The notes: a model not told the origin generated them from the sequence alone. A stretch of 64,000 nt of DNA from an uncultured Candidatus Saccharibacteria bacterium (GCA_964573395.1 CAZNJI010000003.1:15951-79950), one strand, 5' to 3'; shown: positions 37,372 through 46,817, counted from the first letter of the stretch. A program made the numbers and translations.

Positions 37372-39243
37372 ATGCAGGTTATCTCTGTCATTCCGATTCA
37401 GAAAGGTATTCCGTTCGATACCCTTACCTACTACTCCCACGATCCGGTACCTGAAGGATTCTTGGTGCAGATTCCGCTCCAGTCTCGGCAGATTACCGGC
37501 GTGGCAATCGAGTCGAGATCGCTCTCGGATGCCAAGCTTGATGTCAAATCGTCGGCTTTTTCGCTGAAGAAAATCAGCCAAATTATCGGGCCGAGCAGTA
37601 TCGACCGAATATTCCTTACCGCTGCCAAAAAAGTAGCGCGGCGTTCCTTTATTCCGCTTGGCGCGCTATTAGGAGAAATACTCGTGAGTGCAACCCTTGA
37701 ACAGCGGCAATATCTGACAAAAGAATCGAGCGCCGAATCGAAGCACCAGGCGCCGCTGTTTGTCCAAGGAGACAGCGCCATGCGCGCGGATGACTACCGA
37801 ATGCTTATTCGCGATGCCCTCGCAGGGCATCAATCGGTGCTCTTCATTGCGCCGACCATCGGCCAGGTAGAAGAGTGGCGAGCAATTCTTGCAAAAGGAA
37901 TTGAGAAGCGTTCATTCGTTTTACATAGCGACGTTACCAAAACCGAACAGAAAAAAATCTACCGCGAGCTGTTTCAGCGGGAAGGAGCGTTCATCCTCTT
38001 TGCAACTCCCCACTATGCGATGATTCCATGGCTTGAAACGCCGATCACGATTCTTGATAATCTCTCTCATGTCGGCTACCTCTCCCACGGCAGTGTTCCG
38101 GTCGATTATCAGGAATTCTATCGAACCATCGTTGCAGCACGGAACAAAAAGTTGGTACTCGGCGACAGAGTGATTCCGTTCCGATATGTATGGGAAGAAG
38201 AAAAAAATCCGCGCAGCTTGTTTCCGCGCAGCTACCTTCCAACGAAACTGCACATCCTCGATACTTCAAAACGCACGTTCGAGAACATCAGCCAGGAAAT
38301 AGTCGAACTGCTCCGCCATACGGATGTCACCCAAAAGAAAGTGTTCGTCTACGCGGAGCGGAAAGGGATCGCCCCATACTCCGTCTGCCGAACCTGCAAA
38401 ATGGTCATCAAGTGCCGCCACTGCGCCGCATCGCTCGTGCTTCGCAGTGTTACCGGGTCGGACGGAAAAAAGGAACGCGCGTTCCTTTGCCCAGAGTGCG
38501 GCAATCAAGAGCCAAGCACCTATACCTGCGCCAACTGCGGCAGCTGGGATATCGAGGCAAGAGAAAGCGGTAGTGAAGGACTTTTCGAAGCGATAAAAAA
38601 TCTGAACCTCTCGCTCCCGACGCTTCTGATTGAGGGAGAACGGGAAACTGATGAAGACATTAAGCGGGCGCTTGAGAATGCGCCACGGGGAGCAGTTATT
38701 ATCGGCACCGACCGGGCGTTTTCATTCCTGCGGGAGACCGATTTCTCAATTATTCCCCACTTCGACCGACTGCTAAGCAAAATGACGCTCGGCGCCGGAG
38801 AGCGAACGCTGCGCCTTCTGTACCAGCTTGATGAAATTACCACCGACCGGATCATCCTCGTAACCAAGAATCCCACGCAATCATTTTTGAAGGCGCTCGA
38901 AAAGAAAGAATTGGGAAAATACGTTGAAGAAGAAAAAGAAGTGGCGCGAGCGCTCGGCTATCCGCCGTTTGGCACCATGTTCAAGGTAAGCATCCGCACG
39001 CCGGAACACGATCGCGAAAACGCCGTCGAATCGGTGATAGCCGCCTGCAAACCGCTTGAAGCGTTCCATGTGAGCTCGAAACGCAGCCGCCCCGGCGCCG
39101 CCTACGTGACGCTTATCTTCTTGGTAAAAGCCGGACGATCGTTTTTCGAAAGCGACACCGGACACTACGAACGACTGGTTGCCGAACTTTCCCTCTTGCC
39201 GTATCGGCCGAACATTGAAGGCAACCCTGATCGGGTCATATAA
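37372..39243 (+). CDS. Primosomal protein N' (PriA)-like, helicase motifs degenerate
   Basis: The PriA-type Cys cluster CRTCKMVIKCRHCAAS...CPECG...CANCGS is present, but there is no recognisable Walker A GxGKT. Confidence 0.6.
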   Translation: MQVISVIPIQKGIPFDTLTYYSHDPVPEGFLVQIPLQSRQITGVAIESRSLSDAKLDVKSSAFSLKKISQIIGPSSIDRIFLTAAKKVARRSFIPLGALLGEILVSATLEQRQYLTKESSAESKHQAPLFVQGDSAMRADDYRMLIRDALAGHQSVLFIAPTIGQVEEWRAILAKGIEKRSFVLHSDVTKTEQKKIYRELFQREGAFILFATPHYAMIPWLETPITILDNLSHVGYLSHGSVPVDYQEFYRTIVAARNKKLVLGDRVIPFRYVWEEEKNPRSLFPRSYLPTKLHILDTSKRTFENISQEIVELLRHTDVTQKKVFVYAERKGIAPYSVCRTCKMVIKCRHCAASLVLRSVTGSDGKKERAFLCPECGNQEPSTYTCANCGSWDIEARESGSEGLFEAIKNLNLSLPTLLIEGERETDEDIKRALENAPRGAVIIGTDRAFSFLRETDFSIIPHFDRLLSKMTLGAGERTLRLLYQLDEITTDRIILVTKNPTQSFLKALEKKELGKYVEEEKEVARALGYPPFGTMFKVSIRTPEHDRENAVESVIAACKPLEAFHVSSKRSRPGAAYVTLIFLVKAGRSFFESDTGHYERLVAELSLLPYRPNIEGNPDRVI

Positions 39244-39522
39244 CCACTCTCTTGAAACTTTTCTTTTGGAAACACGCATATTTTTTCTCGTGAAAAATTA
39301 CTCCGCTCGTCTTACACCGACTGCGCGAGGTTCCCAAAAGAAAATTTCTGCGTTCGTTTGACTGAGAAGCCAGAACTGTTTTTTGAGAGGCTCCGCAGGC
39401 GGGTAGCCGAGGCTGAGCAAAAAATCACGAGATTTTTATGCATACTCTCAAAAAATAGTTCCGGGCAAATCATATCTTAGGTAATTTGCGCCAGCACAAA
39501 TCATGTGGTACGATTTCGGCTC

Positions 39523-39747
39523 ATGCCAATTATCAATGTAGAAATGAAAAAAACCGGCACCGAAAATCCAACGAGCCTCATTCGCCGATTTTCGCGCAAG
39601 ATGCAGGAAGCCGGCATCATCCCGAAAGTAAAAGGAAAGCGATACAGCCAGCGCGCGCCATCATCGCTCTCTTTAAAAACGATGGCACTGCGAAGAATCG
39701 CGCGCCGAAAAGAAGTCGAACGGCTCAAGAAACTTGGCAAAATGTAA
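39523..39747 (+). CDS. rpsU: 30S ribosomal protein S21
   Basis: Small basic protein (...SLIRRFSRKMQEAGII...KRYSQRAP...LRRIARRKEVERLKK). Confidence 0.75.
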   Translation: MPIINVEMKKTGTENPTSLIRRFSRKMQEAGIIPKVKGKRYSQRAPSSLSLKTMALRRIARRKEVERLKKLGKM

Positions 39748-39754
39748 AGATTTC

Positions 39755-40147
39755 ATGGAACGCTTCGAACAACGTGGTGTCGTAGCAATTCGAGAAACAA
39801 AAGGCAAGCTCCCCCGCTTGCCTTTTGTGCAGTTGCGCGATGCGATTTTAGGAAAGCATTACGAAGTAACCATTGTTTTCTCTTCGCCACGCAGCATTAA
39901 AAATTTAAATAAAGTACATCGAAAAAAAGATTACATTCCGAACGTACTCTCATTCCCGCTCGAAAAAAAGAGCGGCGAAATCTACGCTTGCCTCTCTCAA
40001 ATTCGGCGCGATGCGAAGCAGCACGACCAAACCTACGAAAAATTCTTACTTTTCTTGATTATTCACTCCATGCTCCATTTGAAAGGTTACGCCCACGGTA
40101 GTAAAATGGAAAAAGCAGAAGCAAGTTTCTTGCGCCGCTTCACATAA
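39755..40147 (+). CDS. ybeY: Endoribonuclease YbeY
   Basis: HSMLHLKGYAH zinc-binding motif (H-x3-H-x5-H). Confidence 0.8.
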   Translation: MERFEQRGVVAIRETKGKLPRLPFVQLRDAILGKHYEVTIVFSSPRSIKNLNKVHRKKDYIPNVLSFPLEKKSGEIYACLSQIRRDAKQHDQTYEKFLLFLIIHSMLHLKGYAHGSKMEKAEASFLRRFT

Positions 40148-40150
40148 ACG

Positions 40151-41314
40151 ATGCAAAAAATCGCCGTAGGTATAGACATGGGAACCAGCACCACCAGGGT
40201 GATTGTTTCAGAACGAGACAAAACATCCGGCGCTTTAACCGTGCTCGGTACCGGCATCTCTGAAACGCGCGGCATGCGACATGGCTACATCGTGAATAAG
40301 GAAGAAGCGGCAATTTCCATTGAACGTGCCGTGCGGGAAGCAGAAAAAAATTCTGGGCTTCGCATTCGACGCGCCTGTGTATCACTCGGCGGCATCGGGC
40401 TTTCGTCGGTGTACGCAAGCGGAAGCGCCATCGTTACCCGCGCCGACGGAGTGATTACTTCCCTTGATATCGAAAAAGCGATGACCGAAGCGGAGCGCGA
40501 TTTGGATTTGAAAAACAGAACCATCCTCCACGCCTATCCTATTTCATTTAAGATCGACGGCAAAGAAATTCCAGGCCGGCCCGAAGGAATTCAAGGAACA
40601 AAAATCGAAACGAAAGTGCTCTTCATTACGAGCTTCAGCCAGCACCTCGATGATCTGCTGGAAGCAATGCAAGCGGCTGGCGTGGTTGTTGAGCAAATTA
40701 TTGCCACTCCGATTGCAACGAACCACGTACTCTTAACCGATTTGCAGCGCAATTTCGGATGCGCCATCATCGACATCGGAACGGAAACGGTTTCGGTTGC
40801 CGTGTATGAAAATAACACCCTTACTTCGCTGCACGTATTCGGCATCGGCTCGCTCGACATTACCAAAGACATCGGGCTTGGGCTTCGCATCAGCCCGGAA
40901 GAAGCTGAAAACGTAAAAATTGGCGCCGTGCAATTCCAGAACTATCCGAAAAAGAAACTCGACGAAATCATCGAAGCGCGCCTCTCGGACATTTTCGAAC
41001 TCGTTGACAAATATTTTAAAAAAATCGGGCGCAGCGGTTTGCTTCCAGCCGGTGCCATCATCATCGGCGGCGGAAGCCAGCTGCAGCTCGTTGAAAGCGT
41101 TGCGAAAGCAATGCTCCGCATTCCGGCAAAGCACGGGTACGTTGACATGCCGGGAATCAAAGCGCCCATTTCCGATCAGCGCTTTTTGGTAGCGTATGGC
41201 TGCACGCACTACCGCATTAATAGCGATAACTATGAAGAAGGCGGCAAGCTGAATACTTCAATGGGTGGCATTCTCGCGAGCTTGAAGCAATTTTTCAAAC
41301 AACTGATTCCGTAA
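40151..41314 (+). CDS. ftsA: Cell division protein FtsA
   Basis: Actin-like. GIDMGTSTTRVIV. Lies directly upstream of ftsZ. Confidence 0.9.
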   Translation: MQKIAVGIDMGTSTTRVIVSERDKTSGALTVLGTGISETRGMRHGYIVNKEEAAISIERAVREAEKNSGLRIRRACVSLGGIGLSSVYASGSAIVTRADGVITSLDIEKAMTEAERDLDLKNRTILHAYPISFKIDGKEIPGRPEGIQGTKIETKVLFITSFSQHLDDLLEAMQAAGVVVEQIIATPIATNHVLLTDLQRNFGCAIIDIGTETVSVAVYENNTLTSLHVFGIGSLDITKDIGLGLRISPEEAENVKIGAVQFQNYPKKKLDEIIEARLSDIFELVDKYFKKIGRSGLLPAGAIIIGGGSQLQLVESVAKAMLRIPAKHGYVDMPGIKAPISDQRFLVAYGCTHYRINSDNYEEGGKLNTSMGGILASLKQFFKQLIP

Positions 41315-41433
41315 GTTCTTTACAGTCACAAACAAAGAAATAAAACTCCATATTGTCAATAGAATCGGTGTTTCTATTCCCTTTTCAAGCCTTTCTGCTA
41401 TGATAGCCCTATACTCATTAGAGAGAGTGAAAT

Positions 41434-42591
41434 ATGCCTAAAATCAACCCAGATATAGAAACTGCGGCGCGAATAAAAGTTGTCGGTGTTGGCGGCTCGG
41501 GAGCAAATGCAGTCAACCACATGATCAATTCGAAAGTTCGGAGTGTGGAGTTCATTGTCATGAACACCGACGTGCAGGACCTTCATAAAAGCCAAGCAGA
41601 AAAGAAAATCCACCTTGGAAAGAACCTCACCAAAGGTCTTGGTGCCGGCATGAATCCGGATATCGGCAAACGTGCTGCTGAAGAAACCAAAGCCGAGATC
41701 CAAGACGCGCTCAAGGGCGCCGACATGATATTCATTGCCTGCGGCATGGGCGGCGGAACCGGAACCGGCGCGGCCCCAATCGTTGCGCGCGCGGCGAAAG
41801 AACTCGGTATTCTTACCGTTTCAGTCGTTACCAAACCGTTCTTCTTTGAAGGCAATCAGCGCATGCGCATTGCTGAGGCCGGCATCGACGAGCTCGAGAA
41901 AGAAGTTGATGCGATTATCGTCATTCCAAACGACCGCCTCCTCGCGATTGCCGGAAAGGACATGAGCTTCAAAGACGCGTTTGCGAAATGCGACGAAATC
42001 CTTCGCCAGGCTGTTGAAGGCATCTCTGACCTCATCGCTTCCCCGGGTCTCATTAACGTCGACTTCGCCGACATGAAGAGCGTACTTACCGACGCAGGAA
42101 CGGCGCTGATGGGCGTTGGCGCGGCAGGCGGCGACGGGCGCGCAGAAAAAGCAGCCCTGCAGGCAATTAACTCTCCCCTTCTCGACATCTCTATTAACGG
42201 CGCAAAAGGCGTCCTCTTTGCCATCAGCTCGAACGACGACCTTACCATGGCGGAATTCCAAGATGCCGCAAAGGTCATTACCGAATCGATCGACAAAGAC
42301 GCTCGGGTCATTATTGGAACCATCATCGACGACCGCATTAAAAAAGGCGAACTCAAGATTACGGTTATCGCAACCGGTTTTCCAAGCGACATTTCAAAGA
42401 AAGCAACGCTCTTCCAGGGCAACGCGATGCCGCAGCCGGTTCCGCGAACCGAACCGCGCGAAGCTGAGCGAAAGGAAGCAATACAGCCGATGGTGCAAAA
42501 AGTTGAACCAAAACCGCTTGAAGATGTTGACGACGAAGATGATCCTGACTGGGGCGCTATTCCGGCATTCCTCCGAAGAAATAAGAAATAA
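41434..42591 (+). CDS. ftsZ: Cell division protein FtsZ
   Basis: GVGGSGANAVNHM and the tubulin signature GGGTGTG. Confidence 0.95.
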   Translation: MPKINPDIETAARIKVVGVGGSGANAVNHMINSKVRSVEFIVMNTDVQDLHKSQAEKKIHLGKNLTKGLGAGMNPDIGKRAAEETKAEIQDALKGADMIFIACGMGGGTGTGAAPIVARAAKELGILTVSVVTKPFFFEGNQRMRIAEAGIDELEKEVDAIIVIPNDRLLAIAGKDMSFKDAFAKCDEILRQAVEGISDLIASPGLINVDFADMKSVLTDAGTALMGVGAAGGDGRAEKAALQAINSPLLDISINGAKGVLFAISSNDDLTMAEFQDAAKVITESIDKDARVIIGTIIDDRIKKGELKITVIATGFPSDISKKATLFQGNAMPQPVPRTEPREAERKEAIQPMVQKVEPKPLEDVDDEDDPDWGAIPAFLRRNKK

Positions 42592-42646
42592 CAAAAAGCG
42601 CAGCATCAAAACTGCGCTTTTTGTTTACGTGCTATAATTTGGCACC

Positions 42647-43582
42647 ATGACGTACGATTTAATCATTATCGGAGGCGGCCCAGCAGCCTGTGCAGCTGCC
42701 GTGTATGCCGCCCGAAAACAATTGAAAACGCTTCTTGTCGCAGAGGAAATCGGCGGGCAATCAAACGTGTCTGAAACCATTTATAACTGGATCGGCACCA
42801 AAGAAATCTCGGGTACTGATCTGGCAAAAAGCCTGCACGAGCACATTAAAGCGTATGCCGGCGAGAATGGCTTCCTGACGCTGCTAATCGGCAAGCGGGT
42901 AGAAAAAATAGAGAAGCCCGATCAATTCGTGGTAACGCTTTCAAACGGCGAAACCGCAGCAGGAGCTACGGTATTGGTTGCAACCGGCAGCCGCCACAAG
43001 AAGCTTGATATTCCGGGAGCAGCCGAATACGACAACAAAGGAATTATGTACTGCGCAACCTGCGATGGCCCGCTTTTTGCCGGACAGCCGGTCGCAGTCA
43101 TCGGCGGCGGCAATGCCGGATTTGAAGCAGCAGCACAGCTTGCCCAATATGCCGAGCATGTTACCCTATTGCACCGAAGCGAAAATTTTCGTGCCGACCA
43201 GATTACCGTCGACATGGTGCTGAAAAATGAGAAGGTGTCTGCTGTTAAAAATGTCGAATTAGTATCGGTGCAAGGTTCGCAGTTTGTTGAAAGCATTTCG
43301 TACAAAATAAAAGGAACCGATGACGTTATTACCCTTCCGGTGGGGGCTGTTTTTGTTGAAATCGGCCAGTTGCCCAACACCGAACTTATTGCAGGGCTTG
43401 CCGAGCGCGATGAACTCAATCGGGTTGTCGTTGATCCGAAAAATCAGCGAACGAACGTTCCGGGGCTCTGGGCTGCTGGGGACTGTACCGACGGGCTGTA
43501 TCATCAGAACAATATCGCCGCAGGCGATGCCGTCAAAGCCATCGAAGACTTGTATCTGTGGTTCAAGCGCGGCGGTAAATAA
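42647..43582 (+). CDS. trxB: Thioredoxin reductase
   Basis: IIGGGPAACAAAVYAAR (FAD), CATCDG redox-active disulfide, GGGNAGFEAA (NADPH). Confidence 0.9.
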   Translation: MTYDLIIIGGGPAACAAAVYAARKQLKTLLVAEEIGGQSNVSETIYNWIGTKEISGTDLAKSLHEHIKAYAGENGFLTLLIGKRVEKIEKPDQFVVTLSNGETAAGATVLVATGSRHKKLDIPGAAEYDNKGIMYCATCDGPLFAGQPVAVIGGGNAGFEAAAQLAQYAEHVTLLHRSENFRADQITVDMVLKNEKVSAVKNVELVSVQGSQFVESISYKIKGTDDVITLPVGAVFVEIGQLPNTELIAGLAERDELNRVVVDPKNQRTNVPGLWAAGDCTDGLYHQNNIAAGDAVKAIEDLYLWFKRGGK

Positions 43583-43587
43583 TATTC

Positions 43588-43677
43588 GGAGGAATGCCAG
43601 AGTGGTTGAATGGGCCGCTCTCGAAAAGCGGTAGAGCCGAAAGGTTCTCGAGAGTTCGAATCTCTCTTCCTCCGCCA
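43588..43677 (+). tRNA. tRNA-Ser (anticodon CGA)
   Basis: Acceptor GGAGGAA, anticodon loop CTCGAAA, a long variable arm, T-arm GAGAG-TTCGAAT-CTCTC. CCA is encoded. Confidence 0.85.
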
Positions 43678-43730
43678 AGAGAACTTAGTATCGGCATAAC
43701 CTACAACCCTATGTATGTGGGGCGACCCAG

Positions 43731-44117
43731 TTAGTTTTTTCCTTGTTTACGGTACGTTTGTTTAATTTCCGAGTAAAGCTTTTTGGTAGTAGCTTTCCTA
43801 GCGTTTTCCTTAGAAAACAATTCGACTGGGTATTTTTCTTTTACTTTTTTCAATTTTTCTTCAAGAATCTTTTGGAGATCCAAATCGAGTATGACACCCA
43901 TATCTAAACAGTAGATAAGAATATCTGCCAACTCTTTCTTTATTTTTTCTAATTGCTCTGCATCAACTTTTTTCTTATTGCGAGTATTGTCCCACTGGAA
44001 GATCTCAAGAAGCTCTGCACTTTCAATAACGAGAGATTTTGCTATATCCGCAGGGTGAAGATTGTCCCAACCTCTTTCTTCAAGATATTCTTTTACTTTT
44101 TTCTTAAGGCTATTCAT
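43731..44117 (-). CDS. MazG-like nucleoside triphosphate pyrophosphohydrolase (small all-alpha NTP-PPase)
   Basis: 128 aa. SLVIESAELLEIFQW...KKELADILIYCLDMG matches MazG/YpjD-type EExxE...E..D motifs. ATG at 44117. Confidence 0.65.
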   Translation of the reverse strand: MNSLKKKVKEYLEERGWDNLHPADIAKSLVIESAELLEIFQWDNTRNKKKVDAEQLEKIKKELADILIYCLDMGVILDLDLQKILEEKLKKVKEKYPVELFSKENARKATTKKLYSEIKQTYRKQGKN

Positions 44118-44130
44118 TACTTTTATTATA

Positions 44131-44177
44131 ATAAAAAATCCCGTCCCGTGGTTAGTACCACAGGACGGGTTTTGTTG
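44131..44177. terminator. Bidirectional intrinsic terminator
   Basis: The hairpin CCCGTCCCGTGG-TTAGTA-CCACAGGACGGG has A/T runs on both sides. Confidence 0.55.
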
Positions 44178-44179
44178 CA

Positions 44180-44947
44180 TCATTTCAGCAACTGCAATGC
44201 CTTGACGAGATACGTCTCGGCCATACCCCAGTCGATCTGGTCGAGAGCACTTCCGCTCGGCCGAAGCTTGCCTTGAGCATCAATCGAGATGTCGGGAAAC
44301 TCCCGATACAGAGGCTCGACGAGCCCGATGCTTTCAGGTCCGAGTCCGCCAGCCGCGACGATCCCGAGATTGGGAAACGCTTCCTTGATCGCTCGAGCGA
44401 ACGGAATGAGTCCCACAGCATCCATGCCGAGTCCTCGCCCCATGCTCTTGTCGAGAAGGACGTGCTGAGCGACACCTTCGTAACCCCGAAGCCGTTCGAC
44501 GACTTCTTGCGGATCGTTGTTGGCTTGCTCAATTGCATTCTTGCCGACTTGGAGAATGACCTCCAGCTGCTTGCGCGAGGCGTGAACCACACCGGCGACG
44601 TGTCCTGGATCTGGCCAGACCATGTCGAGTTGCAGAGCGTTGATACCGATGCCTCCGAACTTGATCGCGCGACCGAGACTTTGGAAAACATCGATCGCAT
44701 CGTAGTCCGCATAGTGCAGGCAGTTCATCGTCTCGTCCGAGCCGAAGATGTCAGCGATCGTCTCCTTGGAAGGGAACGCTTTCGTCCATTTGGTCTCAAG
44801 ACCATGAAGCGTCTTGTAGCTCATCATCACGCCGACATGAAGCCGACGGTTCTGTTCTGCTCCAAGGTTCGTCTTGAACACCGCGAGCATACGTTGGACC
44901 TGCTCAAAAGTCATGAAGTCGGTGATGCCGACGTATGGGATGTACAT
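44180..44947 (-). CDS. TrpF-like (phosphoribosylanthranilate-isomerase fold, TIM barrel) protein, GC-rich and probably horizontally acquired
   Basis: Weak PRAI-like motifs (YVGITDF, LQLDMVW, VLLDKSMGRGLGMD, IVAAGGLGPESIG). About 57% GC with strongly GC3-biased codons, against ~45-48% in its neighbours. Confidence 0.45.
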   Translation of the reverse strand: MYIPYVGITDFMTFEQVQRMLAVFKTNLGAEQNRRLHVGVMMSYKTLHGLETKWTKAFPSKETIADIFGSDETMNCLHYADYDAIDVFQSLGRAIKFGGIGINALQLDMVWPDPGHVAGVVHASRKQLEVILQVGKNAIEQANNDPQEVVERLRGYEGVAQHVLLDKSMGRGLGMDAVGLIPFARAIKEAFPNLGIVAAGGLGPESIGLVEPLYREFPDISIDAQGKLRPSGSALDQIDWGMAETYLVKALQLLK

Positions 44948-45094
44948 GATTTGGCCTCCTTTGTGTTTTTGGTTTATGAATGTGTCTATCTGACTTGGAT
45001 ATTACTGATTTTATGGAGAAAGTCTAGGAAAATAAACCCGACCTACATACCCCATTTCAATCTCCAAAGATCTGCTGAATAACCTTATGGTGCC

Positions 45095-45321
45095 TCACCA
45101 CCCTGGTACTTAACCCACGATCCCCGCGGTTTGAACGTAGTGAAGAACTGCGGGAGATTCGAACGGGAAAGGGGTCGGGAAAACGGGAGTTTTCCCGTGG
45201 TGGAGGTATTGGAACCGCCTGGTTCCAAAGCATAGTACTGAGTTTTTCGAAGTACGAGCAGTGAGATTCTCACCATCTCCGCAGAAGTGGAAACGGAGCC
45301 GTTATGAGGCTCCGTTTTTTT
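45095..45321 (+). ncRNA. Putative structured small RNA, unclassified, ending in an intrinsic terminator
   Basis: No credible ORF. Multiple local hairpins (GGGAAAAC/GTTTTCCC, TTGGAACC-GCCT-GGTTCCAA, GTACT...AGTAC, GTGAG-ATT-CTCAC). A distal pairing CCTCACCACC with GGTGGTGGAGG. The terminator GGAGCCGTTATGAGGCTCC is followed by T7 at 45295-45321. Confidence 0.25.
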
Positions 45322-45932
45322 CAATAATGAAATGTTTCCAGAAAAAAGATTGCGCTGCCGTTTAGGATAACATGGACAATGGATACGAGAGTAAAGTCTC
45401 TGAATTTCCAATACAGAAAATTGAAAAAGATTCCGCTTAGAAAAATTAAAACAATTGAAACCGCATCAAGCGGATAAAAACTGTGCATACCGGTAAATAC
45501 AACGGTGTTCACTCCGTAGTTCAATGCCGAACTTCTAAAGATTTCTTTCCCCAACCGCAAAAGATATCCCTGGTAGAGAAAAACCTGCAGAATGGAGCCC
45601 ATAACGGTATGCTGCAGAAAAGTAAGCGATCCGGTCGTGAAGAAGAACATTGCCACCAGGAATGCCGCTATGGTTCCGATGTAGGAAGTGAAAAATGCAT
45701 CAACCTGCTTGTTGTTAGGAAAAACATCGGTTAGCTTCCATCTTTTTACGATTACGATGCGAATCGCACTTATGACGACTACCAACAGAAAGACGCTCAC
45801 CAGAACTTCAAGATTGTTCCGTATCGGAATGATTCCGAAAATCAAGAGGCAAGGGGCAAAAACGGCAATGAAAACGTACTCGGCGCAAAGCAAGAGTTTC
45901 TGAAAAGAAAAGTGTAAGGAACTTGGATTCAT
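45321..45932 (-). CDS. CPBP-family intramembrane metalloprotease (CAAX protease/Abi)
   Basis: Multi-TM. Has CPBP motif 2 (FTGMHSF) and motif 3 (HVILNGSAIFF). 203 aa. Confidence 0.65.
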   Translation of the reverse strand: MNPSSLHFSFQKLLLCAEYVFIAVFAPCLLIFGIIPIRNNLEVLVSVFLLVVVISAIRIVIVKRWKLTDVFPNNKQVDAFFTSYIGTIAAFLVAMFFFTTGSLTFLQHTVMGSILQVFLYQGYLLRLGKEIFRSSALNYGVNTVVFTGMHSFYPLDAVSIVLIFLSGIFFNFLYWKFRDFTLVSIVHVILNGSAIFFLETFHY

Positions 45933-46088
45933 AATCAGTCATTTTCCTAAACTGTATTCCTCAAAAAAATCTTTGTCAATTTAAACGAGTATTATGCACA
46001 TCAGCGCTTGACTTTCACGGTGCTTTTTCTACACTTATAGAAGAATTGTTAACTTGCATGTTTTGTTTTTTACATTTAAACCTTAAGT

Positions 46089-46340
46089 ATGGATCTACGT
46101 CAGAATTTTCCTGCCACTAAAAACATCAACGGCGAACTGTTTCTTTTTGTATCACTCAAAAAGAAGCGAGGAAAAGAGCGCTTTATCTATCAGTCAACCA
46201 CTGATGGCACAAAAGCTTATTTCTCTTTCACCAAAGATGGAGCAAAGAAAGATTCTGAGAAGCAAAACATTGCCGTCCCCATGTTCCGTAACCCTTTTCG
46301 CTCATTTGTAGCGTGGTTTTTGTTCCTTATCCCCCGCTAG
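46089..46340 (+). CDS. Hypothetical small protein
   Basis: 83 aa, ATG start. No recognisable domain. Confidence 0.3.
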   Translation: MDLRQNFPATKNINGELFLFVSLKKKRGKERFIYQSTTDGTKAYFSFTKDGAKKDSEKQNIAVPMFRNPFRSFVAWFLFLIPR

Positions 46341-46417
46341 CCAATATCCAATGATCTACCCGTACATTCCGTACGGGTTTTTTATGCTCTCTTGACAAAC
46401 AGAAGATATTATTTATA

Positions 46418-46648
46418 GTGAAGCAAAATTCATCTTTTAAAAAACTCTGTATGGAAGCAATTGTTATTCCCTTAAAGCTTAATACTCCACAAATAGACCA
46501 TAAAGAAGCAAAGGATTTACCCAAGTTAAAGAAAAAGAGGCGTGTCGCTAATTCCCCTCTTTTCCTACCAACCGTATTATTTTTTTATATACCTGTTCTG
46601 GTTGGTACCATACTATTGGTAGCATCTCTTTTAAAAAGTCTTTTGTGA
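46418..46648 (+). CDS. Possible small membrane protein
   Basis: GTG start with a C-terminal TM helix, followed by a strong terminator. Coding status uncertain. Confidence 0.25.
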   Translation: MKQNSSFKKLCMEAIVIPLKLNTPQIDHKEAKDLPKLKKKRRVANSPLFLPTVLFFYIPVLVGTILLVASLLKSLL

Positions 46649-46651
46649 ACC

Positions 46652-46682
46652 TCCCTGCAGCCAACCGGCTGCAGTTTTTTAT
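46652..46682 (+). terminator. Rho-independent terminator
   Basis: CTGCAGCC-AACC-GGCTGCAG followed by TTTTTTA. Confidence 0.6.
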
Positions 46683-46685
46683 TCT

Positions 46686-46707
46686 GTGAGCGATACAGGA
46701 ATCGGCT
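46686..46707 (-). repeat. Direct repeat of the tRNA-Val 3' end (partial pseudo-tRNA, att-like scar)
   Basis: TCTGTGAGCGATACAGGAATCG (plus strand) is identical to 46812-46833, which covers the T-stem, acceptor 3' strand and ACA of tRNA-Val. Confidence 0.55.
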
Positions 46708-46817
46708 ATCACGTAGCCAGGTGTGTTTCGACCTCGATGACTCGATAACGAAACTCCTTTCGATTCCGTACGCATGCAAAGCAGTTTGCATGCTATCGCC
46801 TCAGCCGTCTTGCGTCT

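Noticed and set aside
45140-45160. tmRNA-like motif GAGATTCGAACGGGA
   Set aside because: It resembles the 5' region of SsrA. But no tRNA-like T-arm/acceptor 3' end, no tag-peptide reading frame and no CCA end could be found within 400 nt on either strand. Not called as tmRNA.
45085-45411. 108-aa minus-strand ORF spanning the putative sRNA region
   Set aside because: Its start lies 90 nt inside the CPBP protease gene in another frame, and the translation is low-complexity. The region is better explained as a non-coding structured segment.
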